DNA of 64,000 nt, from the NCBI GenBank assembly GCA_937625935.1, contig OW569382.1, forward strand, positions 248,001 to 312,000. The letters run 5' to 3'. Below the pieces are notes generated by a model. That model was not told where the DNA came from. It worked only from the letters and a program-made list of their open reading frames with translations, and did not search any database. The translations under genes and the position numbers were made by a program. Shown here in pieces: positions 20,772 through 31,879 of this stretch (position 1 is its first letter; each line of letters begins with the position of its first letter). This DNA comes from Tetramitus jugosus (Eukaryota; Protista; Heterolobosea).

Positions 20772-22816
20772 ATGAGCGACGAAGGAAGTATCATCGAGAA
20801 ACATATGACAGATAACGATGTAACTAATGAAGTTGAAAAAACTTCTTTCTTAAGAAGTATACGTTTCAAATCAATCATAGTTCTCGCAGTATTGCTCGTG
20901 TTAGTCTTCCTCGTATACTTGGCAATTATTCTAGGAATTTTTCCAAAGAGCTTTCAGGTGCTAGAGCATTCTCAATCAGGAGATACCATCATCAGAGTCC
21001 ATCGAGTTCTTTATGATGATCTTCGAAGTATTTTAAACGTTCTACTTCAGTACAGTCAATGGGATGGAACTCTGGAAGGTAAGAATTTTCCTCCCTTCTC
21101 TTTTCTTCATCTTGGAATACTCATCCCTTTGTGTCTACTCTAATAGTGATGGACAACTTTTCGAACTCTGCTGCCCATGATTATACGATGAACAACTTGA
21201 GTAACGAGTTCCTTAGTAGCGTGAGACTCGAATTTGCTATTGCCTATTTTCCTAATGGATCTTTAGCATTTGGTAGAGGCTATGATTATCTGAATGATAA
21301 GGACATCGAAATACCGCAAGAATTATCTCATTTGGAACCGGGAGTCCATCCGTTGATGATTAATACTTCTTATGCGGGTTCGAGAAGTGGAGGTTTACTA
21401 CATCTATCGGGTGGGAAAACACTAGCAGTAATAAGTGACCCTATTCAACAAACCATTTATGATGAGAATGGAAGAACGAACGGTCGGATGATATTTGCTA
21501 GAACTTTCAATTCTAATACAACAATGTTGGACTACGCCACCCGATCCAGAATATGTTTTTCAATGATCCCATATCAATCCAACGATTCTCGGTCTGTGCA
21601 ATTGAGAAGAGAGTCACTTGGAACCAAACCGGTTGTTGTAGACGTTTCTACTCCCCGGTGGAAAAACAATCGGGAATTCTTAATTGCACCACTCCATGAC
21701 ACTTCCAACAGGTATTGTTCGCCCACGGATTCAGAGAAAGGAAAACGAATCGCAAGTTACTCCCTGCTTCAAGATGTGTTTGGTGAACCAGTGTTATTCC
21801 TTCAATCTGACATCCCTCGAGATATAGTTAGATTAGAAATATCCAGCTTGTCCCTCGCGTTTGGAATGCTACTGCTCGTTATATGTATAGTTTCATTCGT
21901 CATCGCTCTATTCATTGAAATGGTTGTAGTCAAGCCTGTCACTGAATTAAATGGAAGGGTTAAGCAAATTGCAGCCAGGAGCGAAATGACTGATAGAGTA
22001 AAGGTAAAGAGCAGAGATGAACTTGGATCTCTGGCATTCGGTATAAACAGAATGTTAGACTCTCTGGAATTAGGTCACCAAGAACTGGAAAATCAGAGAG
22101 CTGAGAGCGAAAAACTACTCATGAACATGTTGCCAGAAGTTGTATCCAGAAAACTGAAAGCACAAGGACATTCACATCCATCATTTGTTGGAACTGTTGG
22201 TATTTCTGTGGAAGATAGTCTCTTGAACACTTACAATACCACTATTTTAATTGCCGAGTCCTTTCCCAACATTTCTGTCATTATCAGTGATATAGTAGGA
22301 TTCACTGCCCTTTCATCAAAAACAGAGTCACATAAGTTGGTATCCATATTGAACATGATGTTCTCTTCTTTTGACCAGGTATGTTCAAGAGTAGGAGTCG
22401 AAAAGATTAAGACTATTGGAGATGCATTTATGGCTGTCGCTGGAGCACCTATTCAAGTGGATGATCATGCTGATCGAGCTATAAAGCAAGCTCTAGGGAT
22501 GCTCGAGGTAATAGCTAGCATGAGAAAACAGTTGGATGTGGATGTTAACATTCGAGTAGGTATCAACAGTGGCCCCGCGGTTGCAGGTATCATTGGAACA
22601 ACAAAGTATGTCTATGATATTTTCGGAGATACTGTGACTGTAGCCTCGACAATGGAATCTCATAGTTTGCCTGGTTGTGTCCTTGTTTCGGAGTCAACTG
22701 TCTCCCTGGTTACAATACCCTATCCCTTTGAAAAGATGTCTCCTTTCCCAGTCAAAGACACAAAGGTGACAGGATATCTATTGAGACCGGAAGATATCTC
22801 CACAGTCAATGAGTGA
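20772..22816 (+). CDS. Receptor-type class III adenylyl cyclase (TM-CHASE4-like-TM-HAMP-cyclase), C1-like subunit; intron 21079-21146
   Basis: Paralog of the divergent neighbour. SDIVGFT and KIKTIGDAFM are intact, but it has DTVTVASTM (Asn and Arg lost) and no KGKG. Confidence 0.9.
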
Positions 22817-22926
22817 ATGGTGGCTCGTCAATGAAAAAGTGAATATTTATGGTTTTGTATTTACATGATCCTGAGTTTGATTATTTTAACCTAAGGTTCT
22901 TCCGATCCAGAATAACTCCTTAGAAG

Positions 22927-24000
22927 TTACTGAAGCAATCGTGCAACAGCTTTTGAAATGTCTCCCTTGAACTTGTCCAACCACTTCTTATTTTGTTCAA
23001 CATTGTCGAATCCCATGGCAACTAACGAGTCCAACGCATTTTGGAACTGATACTCTGGAATGACTGGAACAGGGGCTGGTGTTGGTGTTGGTTCTTCTTC
23101 GTCCATGACAATGTTACAAATCATGTCTGAATTGAATTCTCGAGCCAAGGGATTCAAAATTTCAAATTCTTCATCATCTTCTTGCTCCTCCTCCCAATCA
23201 TCTTCCATCAACTCACTAGAATCTGAAGAAGATAATGATGAAGTGTCAGAACCTGAGCTAGATTCTGTATCGACATGAATAACATCAATTTCCTTGGTTT
23301 CAATGGTGAATGGTATGAAATCTGTGATTTTGGTTTGTCTCCAGTCATAGTCACTCGTGCTAATTTCATCCATTTCTTGGGGACTCAATTCTTGATCTTC
23401 CGAGACGACTGTCTCTTCCTGCTCGTTCAGAGGAGTTTGAAGGACGAATTCCGAGATTCCAGTCACGACCTGTCCCAAGGAATTTTCAATGTCTTTGGAG
23501 GTTTCCTTCACCCAAGACATTCCCCTTTCAATTTCTTCACTGTCTTCAATTTGTCTCTGCAAACCGTTCAAAGCTTCACTTGTCTCTTGCATCAGAGTGT
23601 TCAATGCTTGAGATGTTTGTTGGATAATGGTGGAGACGGTGGCCGAATAATCCACGTTTTGCTTTCTTTGATTGAATGCCTTACTTCTGACAGTGAATTT
23701 CATGGTGTGATGAAAGTTGGACATGTACAGTTTTCTTTGTTCTTCGACGGCATCTCTCCACTCTGTCTCAGAAGCAATGGTTACCCAGTCATGTTCTCTG
23801 TCACAATAGGAAATGTGAATGTCAAGTGGCTCTGTCAGGAATTGACTCAATGATAAGTCTTGTTCAGTTGTGTTTTCGCATTGAAGATCTCTGATCATGA
23901 GTTGGAATTCGAGGAAACTGATTTCAGGATCGATTCGATTTCTTCGAACGGAGCGTTCAGGTTGAAAGTAAATCTTAATTGGTAGTAGAGTTCCGTCCAT
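22927..24000 (-). CDS. PB1-LIR-UBA protein, p62/SQSTM1/NBR1-like autophagy receptor
   Basis: PB1 OPCA motif (SYCDREHDWVTIASETEW), acidic LIR (DEEFEIL) and UBA (LVAMGF...KFKGDISKAVARLL). Confidence 0.75.
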   Translation of the reverse strand: MDGTLLPIKIYFQPERSVRRNRIDPEISFLEFQLMIRDLQCENTTEQDLSLSQFLTEPLDIHISYCDREHDWVTIASETEWRDAVEEQRKLYMSNFHHTMKFTVRSKAFNQRKQNVDYSATVSTIIQQTSQALNTLMQETSEALNGLQRQIEDSEEIERGMSWVKETSKDIENSLGQVVTGISEFVLQTPLNEQEETVVSEDQELSPQEMDEISTSDYDWRQTKITDFIPFTIETKEIDVIHVDTESSSGSDTSSLSSSDSSELMEDDWEEEQEDDEEFEILNPLAREFNSDMICNIVMDEEEPTPTPAPVPVIPEYQFQNALDSLVAMGFDNVEQNKKWLDKFKGDISKAVARLLQ

Positions 24001-24323
24001 TGTTCTTTGTGGTAGGTGAGTTCTTCTGTTTCTGTTGTTGATGTAAGTATTGTTGTTTTTTGGTTCCTTCTGATCACATATGATCCGCTCTGGCTATTAA
24101 ATGGCTTTGGGTTTGAACGATTGGCAGGTGTCTGAATCGAGGTTGTTCATGCCATTTTTATGGAGGAACAAAAAACCAAGTGCCCAAAACCAAAACAGCA
24201 TGATCAGCAGGGATAAAAAATACTTGTCTGGTTGACTTTCTGGAATTGTTTATGAAGGAACCAAAATACTCTGTTTAGTATTCCATAGTAATGAACAGAA
24301 TTCTCAAGGTGCAATCTTGTTAT

Positions 24324-27219
24324 TTATTTGATTTGTGGGGCAAGTGGATCCACTGTTTCAATTCTCTTTGTCATGACAGACGTCTCTGGATCGAATGATC
24401 TCAGTTCATACTGATAACTCTTTCCTGCAAGAATCTTCTTGACCACAGATGAAATATCTCGATAAACCTTCCAACTGTTGAGATCCTCTTTGGATAGTTC
24501 GATAATATTTTCGAAGATAGGAGTGTCCTTCATCTGCGTGTGCACCTTCTTGTTGTCATGCTGTAATGCAGCAGCATCTCCAATAATGACTGTCTCCACT
24601 CCTCCCAATAGATTACAAAGAATTGGATTCTTCATTATGGATTGCATGTTACCATGAGCTGACGCACACAAGACCACTCCTCTTTGAGCTATTGTTCTTG
24701 CAGTCAAAACTTCTTTGCTTGTTCCAATCTCGTCAATTACAATGACGTCTGGAGTATGGTTCTGAACCGCTTGAATCATCACTTCCTGTTGCATACGAAT
24801 ATCAGGCACTTGCATTCTTCTGGCTTTCCCGATTGCTTGATGAGGAGTGTCTCCAAATCCGCCAATTTCACATGAAGTATCCACAATCATCACTCGATCC
24901 TTTTCAGACATGACTCTTGCAATGTCTCTCATTATCGTAGTCTTTCATTCCAAGCAAAGAGTTAGTGGTGGGATACAAATAAGAAACACATCAGTTGTTG
25001 AACAATAGATAACAAACCTTGCCTGTACCAGGATGTCCAAGAAGTAGAATGGATTGAGTCTTATCAGTAATATCGCTCAGACGATCAGCGATATTCATGA
25101 CAGCTCTTCCTACTCTAAGAGTTAAACCATTGATTTCTCCTCCTCTATTCTTCATGGAACTGATGCGGTGAAGCGTTCCATCGATTCCAGATCTGTTGTC
25201 ACCTCCAAATTCCAGTTGTTCAGCCACATGATTTATATGTTCGAATGTCACCTTTCCGAAAGACATTCTCTTGCCTCTGTAATAGAATACCTCGTAAGGT
25301 CTGTGAACATCCATTGCAATCTCCACAATTTCCTCTACAGAGAAATCAGCAGGCAGACCATTTATGTAATCCCTAATCTCTTCAGGCATCAGATCCAATA
25401 ATTGATCAACTTCATCCACAACCATTGGTTCAGTGCATTGTTGAATCAAAACAGTCTCAGTTGTCACAGAGTTGGATTGTGGAACTAGAATGGGATTGGA
25501 TTCTGATACAACGACGGGATTGGTTTGTGGAATCGCGACAGGGATAATCTTTGGAATTCCAACATTTGCAACCAATTTTTCAAAATGCATTGTATATGCG
25601 TCGATCTCATCATTCATTTCTTCCATTCGAGATTTGTCGACCTCAGAGAGCATAGTTCTAGCGAGCACTACCAACGAAATTACATCCTGAGCGGCATACA
25701 TCTTCATGAGGGGAGTCAGTGGTCTTACTCTCCAGTATGTTCGATTTAACTGGAAGAAAGGTTTAATTTGCTTCTTGTAAGGATTTCCTAGTCCATATTT
25801 CTCGCAGAGTGTGGTAAAACAGATTCTCTTTTTCCCATTCGTGCCGACAAATTTGTTCATTACTTGTGTGTCTAGGACTCCTCTGAGTCTGATGTTATAC
25901 TGATGATAGAGCACACAACTGTCCTGCCTACAATCATGAAATATTTTAATCTTCTTCTCATTCTCGAACCACTCCTTGAGGAGCAACGTAACTTCCGCCT
26001 TTACAGGATTGGAGTCAAGCATATCAAAGAGGAATTGATTGGTCTCACATCCAATCTGTACCAAACACAATTGGCCGCTTTTTCCCAAACCTTCCCCCTC
26101 ACAATCCACCGCTATGGTATCAGAATTAGAAATAATATGTCTAGCATAAGCCAACGACGAGTTATCATCGACCAAGGTCACAGAGTCAAGTTCAACGACT
26201 GGAACGCTACTCTTAGGGATAGGATTCACTGGTGAAACTACCATAGGGTAACTGTTGATTTGTGGAGCGACTACAACAGGAGTCTCAATGATAAGCTTCT
26301 TCTTTTCTGATAACCTCTCAAAATGCATAACGTATGAGTTGATCGCGTCATTCATCTCCTTGATTCGAGGCAATTCCACGCTTTTCAACATAGTGTTGTA
26401 CAGCTTTACCAACGGTTTCACATCATGAGAAGCATACATCTTCATAAGTGGAGTCAGTGGTCTGATTCTCCAGTATGGTTGATTTCCTCTGAAGAATGGT
26501 TGTACTAGTTTCTTGTAAGGATTTTCTTGTAGTCCATACTTTTCACATAGTTCACAAAAGCCGATTTGGTTGTTTTGGTTCTCAATAAATGCGTGCATAA
26601 CCTGTGTATCCTGTACACCTTTGAGTGTAATATTGTATTGGTAATACAATGCACTGCTGTCCTGTCTACAATCATGGAACACTTTGATTTTTTTCTCATC
26701 CTCGAACCACTTCTTGAGTAGAACTGTAATTTCTTCTTTCATCGGATTGGAATCCAGCATGTCAAACAAGAATTGCTTCTTTCCGCATCCAATCTGGACC
26801 AGGCACAATTGGCCAGTTTCACCCAAATTTTGACCCTCGCAATCCACGGAAATTATGTGGGCACTACCGATACCTTGACTAGCAAGTGCCAAAGAAGTGC
26901 CATCTTCTACCACGATCACAGACTCAGGTACAACTATATTACGGCTCAACTTAGTTAGATCCTTTATGAATTCTTTAGCTTCCTCCTTCAATAAGGTTAC
27001 ACGTTGGATTGCACCGTTTTCGTTACACACTGTCTGTACGAATGAATACTTCTTAATTTGTCTTCTTATTCCTCCAACTGGATATCCTTGGAGTACTAAT
27101 CCCTGTTTTATCTGGGAAATTGTTAGACTTGGTTTCTTTTTGAGCATGTTGATAAGGGCTTCTTCTCTTGTAATAACAGCAGTCGCTCGCTCATTATTCT
27201 TGGATGTTGATTGTGACAT
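24324..27219 (-). CDS. Tandem DEDDy 3'-5' exonuclease (EXD1-like) domains fused to a Ycf45/SpoIIIAA-like AAA ATPase; intron 24942-25017
   Basis: Two copies of VDCEG...LCLVQIG...FHDCRQD...DTQV...WRxRPLTPLMKMYAxxDV. The Walker A motif GHPGTGK|TT is split by the intron. Also IVDTSCEIGG, VIVIDEIG and SAHG. Confidence 0.85.
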
Positions 27220-27466
27220 ATCTTCTTGTTGATAGGCAATTCTAATAAGTTAGTTGTTTGGTTTTTGTTGTTCTTGCAAAGTGTCAGTCTGATCCCACAA
27301 AGTTCTAAAAAGACCATTTTCCAAGGACCTTCCTTCAAATTTTGTTCCGCTTGATGTTCTTCCTTGACTTTTTACCGCCAAAGAAGCGAGAATTCTGTCC
27401 GACAATAAAATAAATCCGAGGAACAATAGAATATTTTCCGGCAACAACCAGTGGAAAATCAAAAGC

Positions 27467-28531
27467 ATGGGTGCTCACTTTGAACGTCTCGGTCAAGCCA
27501 CTCCATTCTATGGTGATCAAGTCACAGTACAACAAGTATCCATCCAAATCCCAAACTGTTCCCATGTTGCTGCTCAACTCTACACTGTAGTCAACAACTC
27601 TGACAATCTAAATTTAGCTCTGGCAGTGCATGGCTGGATGGACAACTCTGGTTCTTTTGTTCCCCTGTTGAAACACTTGCTACCCATGCTGGACAGTCGT
27701 GTATTCAAGTATGTGCTCGCCATTGATATGCCAGGCTGTGGTCAAAGCACCAATAAGGGCACTGTTTCTTATCCTGTCATTGAGTCCGTGTATGACTTGT
27801 TGCAGGTGTTGAATGTGAGTTTGAATGGATTGGGTATCTCTGGTAGACGACTGCCATCGGAGGTTACCTATCTGGGGCATTCTCTTGGAGGTGGTCATGG
27901 CTATATTCTCAGTAGTCTATTTCCTGATCGAATTCATCGATTGATCACTATTGATGCACTGGGATACTTTACGGATGATGAAGAAAGGTTGCCTGATCTG
28001 TTGAAGGAAGCTCTACAGAAGAGAGAAGAGTTTGATGAAAAGATGAACATTTTGTCTCACAATACAAGCATTGCGAGACGTCAATTGTGTGACACAAAAG
28101 AGGAATTGATTCAGAGACTTCACAAGAGATACAAGCACGGATTGACCATTGAATCAGCTCGATATCTCACAGAAAGAGGATCAGAGCTCGTCGAAATTGA
28201 AGGTAGGAAGGGCTGGAGACTTACATATGATCCAAAGCATACGGCCATGAGTCTGTTTCGCATGTCTGATCAAGCTCTGTTCCAATTCCTGGGTCGCCTA
28301 ACGAATGTGCCCATTTTGACCTTGTGGCCCGAATCCAGTGGATGGCCATTCCAAGATAGAATCGACACCACCAAGAGACGACGATTCATGCAACAAGTGA
28401 ATCCAAGATACAAGGAAGTGTTTGTCGCAGGAACAAGCGGACATCACTTCCACATGGACTATCCAAAGGAAACTGCACTGACCATTGCTTCCTATCTACA
28501 GGAACAAACATCTCTGCGATCCAAGCTCTAA
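27467..28531 (+). CDS. Alpha/beta hydrolase (SERHL-like), with PTS1 -SKL
   Basis: HGWMDN, DMPGCG, nucleophile elbow GHSLGG, GHHFHM. The protein ends in SKL (peroxisomal signal). Confidence 0.85.
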   Translation: MGAHFERLGQATPFYGDQVTVQQVSIQIPNCSHVAAQLYTVVNNSDNLNLALAVHGWMDNSGSFVPLLKHLLPMLDSRVFKYVLAIDMPGCGQSTNKGTVSYPVIESVYDLLQVLNVSLNGLGISGRRLPSEVTYLGHSLGGGHGYILSSLFPDRIHRLITIDALGYFTDDEERLPDLLKEALQKREEFDEKMNILSHNTSIARRQLCDTKEELIQRLHKRYKHGLTIESARYLTERGSELVEIEGRKGWRLTYDPKHTAMSLFRMSDQALFQFLGRLTNVPILTLWPESSGWPFQDRIDTTKRRRFMQQVNPRYKEVFVAGTSGHHFHMDYPKETALTIASYLQEQTSLRSKL

Positions 28532-28693
28532 TCCTCACTTTTAACAACAAAAATTCACAGTGATCATTGCTCGCTCTCACTTTTCGGTTTTTATTTACTT
28601 TAAGGAGTTTGTGCATTCTTTTACAACAAACTTGATTGAATCAAAATGGAGAGACAAGAGCACATTCACACCAACACACATTAACACAATTCA

Positions 28694-29515
28694 TCATCGA
28701 TGATTTGGAAAAAATCTTCTCATCAAAGCTTCTTGATCTCTCTTTGCTGGATCTTCAACTTCAGGATACAATTGATTCCTTGATTGTTGTTGCACTTGTT
28801 GTTGCTGCTGTACTTGCGATTGTTGCTGTTGCTGTTGCTGTTGTTGCTGTTGCTGTTGTTGATAGGGCAATCGATACGTCTCTGGATTACGTGGCGTGTT
28901 TTTGCCTAGTCCCTGTATCATTCTTTGATTTTCATATTGTTGTCTCACTTGTTGCAATTTTTGTTGTTGTTGTTGTTGATAAATAAAGCTATTATTATTA
29001 TTATTGTTATTATGATTGTTATTGGCACTAGGAGTAGCTACAGCTGTCAGAGGACTCGACACGGTGTGTAATTGTCCGCCCATACTGGTCGGAGAGGAGA
29101 ATTGTTGTGGTGGTTGTTGATAATGTTGTTGATGAGAAACAACAGGAGGAGAGGGCAATGGCTTTCCATGACTATCAAACATGGGAGGTGCTGATGGTGA
29201 GTGATTGTTGTTCAAGTGATAAGTGTCGGTTGGAGTGCTCGTAGTTGTTGTTGTTGTTGGTTGCTTTGTTGGAGGTTGTTTTTGAAACAAAAAATAATTA
29301 CTATTGTTGTTATTGTTGCCAACATGGTGGATATGGTTGTTCATGATGGTTGGTTTTTCAGGTTCAATGGGACAAAAATACATGTAATCGTCGTCATTGA
29401 GGAGTGAGGCAGGTGGTGGACCAGGATCATTGATACTCGTTATATTGTTATCATTGTTATTGTTATTATTGTTATTATTGTTGTTGTTATGATTATTGGA
29501 TGGTATCGAAATCAT
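28694..29515 (-). CDS. N/Q/P-rich low-complexity hypothetical protein
   Basis: 273-aa ATG ORF with poly-N/poly-Q microsatellites and PSAP and LYPEV short motifs. Confidence 0.55.
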   Translation of the reverse strand: MISIPSNNHNNNNNNNNNNNNDNNITSINDPGPPPASLLNDDDYMYFCPIEPEKPTIMNNHIHHVGNNNNNSNYFLFQKQPPTKQPTTTTTTSTPTDTYHLNNNHSPSAPPMFDSHGKPLPSPPVVSHQQHYQQPPQQFSSPTSMGGQLHTVSSPLTAVATPSANNNHNNNNNNNSFIYQQQQQQKLQQVRQQYENQRMIQGLGKNTPRNPETYRLPYQQQQQQQQQQQQQQSQVQQQQQVQQQSRNQLYPEVEDPAKRDQEALMRRFFPNHR

Positions 29516-29976
29516 TTTTTTTTCGTTGTTTTGCTTTTTTGTTTCTGCTGCAGAAAGGATGTTTTTTGGGAAGCGCGATTATTCTGGAGAGAGAACAGCT
29601 GTATCGGAGTGATGGGAGAACCAACGGTGCAACTGAGAAGCAAAAAAATATACTGATGAAAGCCTGCTGGGTATGTTTTATGTGTTCGTTGTGTTCACCA
29701 GTGCTCAGGGTTTTTGTTTTCCAAGTGTTTGTTCTCAGAGATTTATTTTCAGAAAAGGTTAGAAGGAGTTAAAAAATCGCACATTCCATTTCGCACCACC
29801 TTCCTTTCGCGCCAATGTATTACTCCGACCGCCGTAGATGACGATTCGAAGCTGACACTGAAGGCCGAACCAGTCAAGTGTCAAAATATCGCATCACTTT
29901 TGAGAGCAAAGCACAACAAAAAGGGGTGAACAAGGCCACACAAACCAACCATTAGTTATAGAGAGTGTGACACAAG

Positions 29977-31515
29977 ATGACGCCCGGCCCGACAATCTAC
30001 TCCATTGACCAGAGCCCCATTGAGCCCTCCATCATCAACCAAAGCACCAACAACAATCACACAACTCTCTTTCACAGCAGCAGCAGCAACGACATTTCAG
30101 ACGACATGAACAGCAGCAGCCACAATATCAACATTGTTCACATCACTGAGAACAACAGCAGTATCAGCAGTAGTAGTAGTAGTGCTGCTCAAGAAGAATC
30201 ACCTAGATCCCTACCCAACAATGACTCTACATATGCACAACAAAAGAGGACTGAAAGATGGGCCACCGTGATGAATCAACGCGTCCAGCACATGATTCAG
30301 TGCTCCAAGACAAAAATCAAGCTCAATGTCGGTGGTTACAACTTTACGTGCAGCACAGAGACACTCACTCGAGAAGGCAACACATTCTTCTCTTGCATGT
30401 TCTCTGGTCACTTTTTGTTGGGTCCTGATTCCGATGGAGAGTACTTTGTGGATCGCGATGGTGATTTATTCTATCTGATATTGAGACATTTGAGAGGGTA
30501 TCACATTCTTGAGTGCATTGCTCAATTGTCAGAGTCTGATAGGAATCGGTTGGCAATGGAGGCAGAATTCTACGGAATTCAGAGCATGTTGAAATATTTT
30601 AGAAGAAGACCGAGTGCTCTGGAGCTTCGATGTATCAGTAAATTGGCTTCATATGCTCCAACGGACACTGGAAAACCTCTGATCAGTAACAATGGTTGTC
30701 ATACGATTGCACTAGACTTGCAATCTGGTTGCATCTTTGTGAGTGATTCTGAGAATCATCGGATTGAGATTTTTGAACCAGATGGAACGTTGAGACAAAC
30801 GCTTGGTAGCAAGGGATCTCAGGACGGTGAATTCAATAGTCCTAGTGGTATTACACTCAATTCCAAGGGTCATTTGATTGTGTGTGACACAAACAATTCT
30901 CGTGTTCAGATATTCGATGCTCATTTGAATCATATTCGAACTGTGGGATCACGTGGTGGAAGAGCAGGAAGGTTCCTCACTCCAACCAGTGTGGCTGTTG
31001 ATTCCTTTGATTTAATCTATGTGACCGACAGTGGAAATCACAGAATTCAAATCTTTTCATCAGAGGGTTCTCTGCAGAGAGTGATTGGAGCAGGTTATGA
31101 GAGACAAGGATTCAGAAATGGAGGATCAGAGGACGGTGAGCTCAACACTCCATCAGGCATTGCTGTCAACGGACACAATGGACAAATCTATGTAGCTGAG
31201 GCTTGTAACAACAGAGTTCAAGTGTTCTCCAACGAAGGACAATTCTTGTTCAAGTTTGGAACAGGTGGAACAACGGGAGCCAGCTTGAATAATCCTAGTT
31301 CTATTACTCTCACGGATCAAGGTCATTTGATCGTTTGTGATAGTGGTAATCACAGACTACAGATCTTTGATTCCAATGATGGAACATTCTTGAACACAAT
31401 CAATGCACCAGAGGTTACTCGACCTTGCATGATTGCCTATGGACCAAACAATACCTTGTTTGTGAGCGATAGTAAGGAGTCAACCATTTGTGGTTTCGAA
31501 CTAGATGCTATCTAA
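29977..31515 (+). CDS. KCTD-type BTB/POZ + NHL repeat protein
   Basis: IKLNVGG...YFVDRDGDLF...EAEFYGI, followed by multiple FNSPSGI...VCDTNNSRVQIF repeats. Confidence 0.9.
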   Translation: MTPGPTIYSIDQSPIEPSIINQSTNNNHTTLFHSSSSNDISDDMNSSSHNINIVHITENNSSISSSSSSAAQEESPRSLPNNDSTYAQQKRTERWATVMNQRVQHMIQCSKTKIKLNVGGYNFTCSTETLTREGNTFFSCMFSGHFLLGPDSDGEYFVDRDGDLFYLILRHLRGYHILECIAQLSESDRNRLAMEAEFYGIQSMLKYFRRRPSALELRCISKLASYAPTDTGKPLISNNGCHTIALDLQSGCIFVSDSENHRIEIFEPDGTLRQTLGSKGSQDGEFNSPSGITLNSKGHLIVCDTNNSRVQIFDAHLNHIRTVGSRGGRAGRFLTPTSVAVDSFDLIYVTDSGNHRIQIFSSEGSLQRVIGAGYERQGFRNGGSEDGELNTPSGIAVNGHNGQIYVAEACNNRVQVFSNEGQFLFKFGTGGTTGASLNNPSSITLTDQGHLIVCDSGNHRLQIFDSNDGTFLNTINAPEVTRPCMIAYGPNNTLFVSDSKESTICGFELDAI

Positions 31516-31879
31516 GCGAAATGTACAACAATTATTATCTCATATTCAAATAAAAACAACATCCTTCCATGATATCAGCCATCACCAACCCGTAGTCTTT
31601 TCCCGTATTCGATACTCGGAAAATAACTACAAAACGTTTTCCCGCTTGTCATATGTCATTTGGTCACCAAATGATGTCGGTTGTTTGTTCTCAGGAAGTT
31701 TTTTGTCAGTGCAGAGGAATCACCCCCTGTTGCTCACCGCAGCATCTGTCACTCTGTTGGTTAAAAAGCTTTCAACAAAAAAACAAACTCCACCACTCCT
31801 CACAAACAACAAACAAAGAAACCCCCAAGTGTACTACTAGAACTATAGTTTTTTTTTAACCTCAAAAAACAAATAAACA

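Noticed and set aside
28780-29500. (CAA)n/(AAT)n microsatellites as a separate element
   Set aside because: They encode the poly-Q/poly-N tracts common throughout this genome's proteins.
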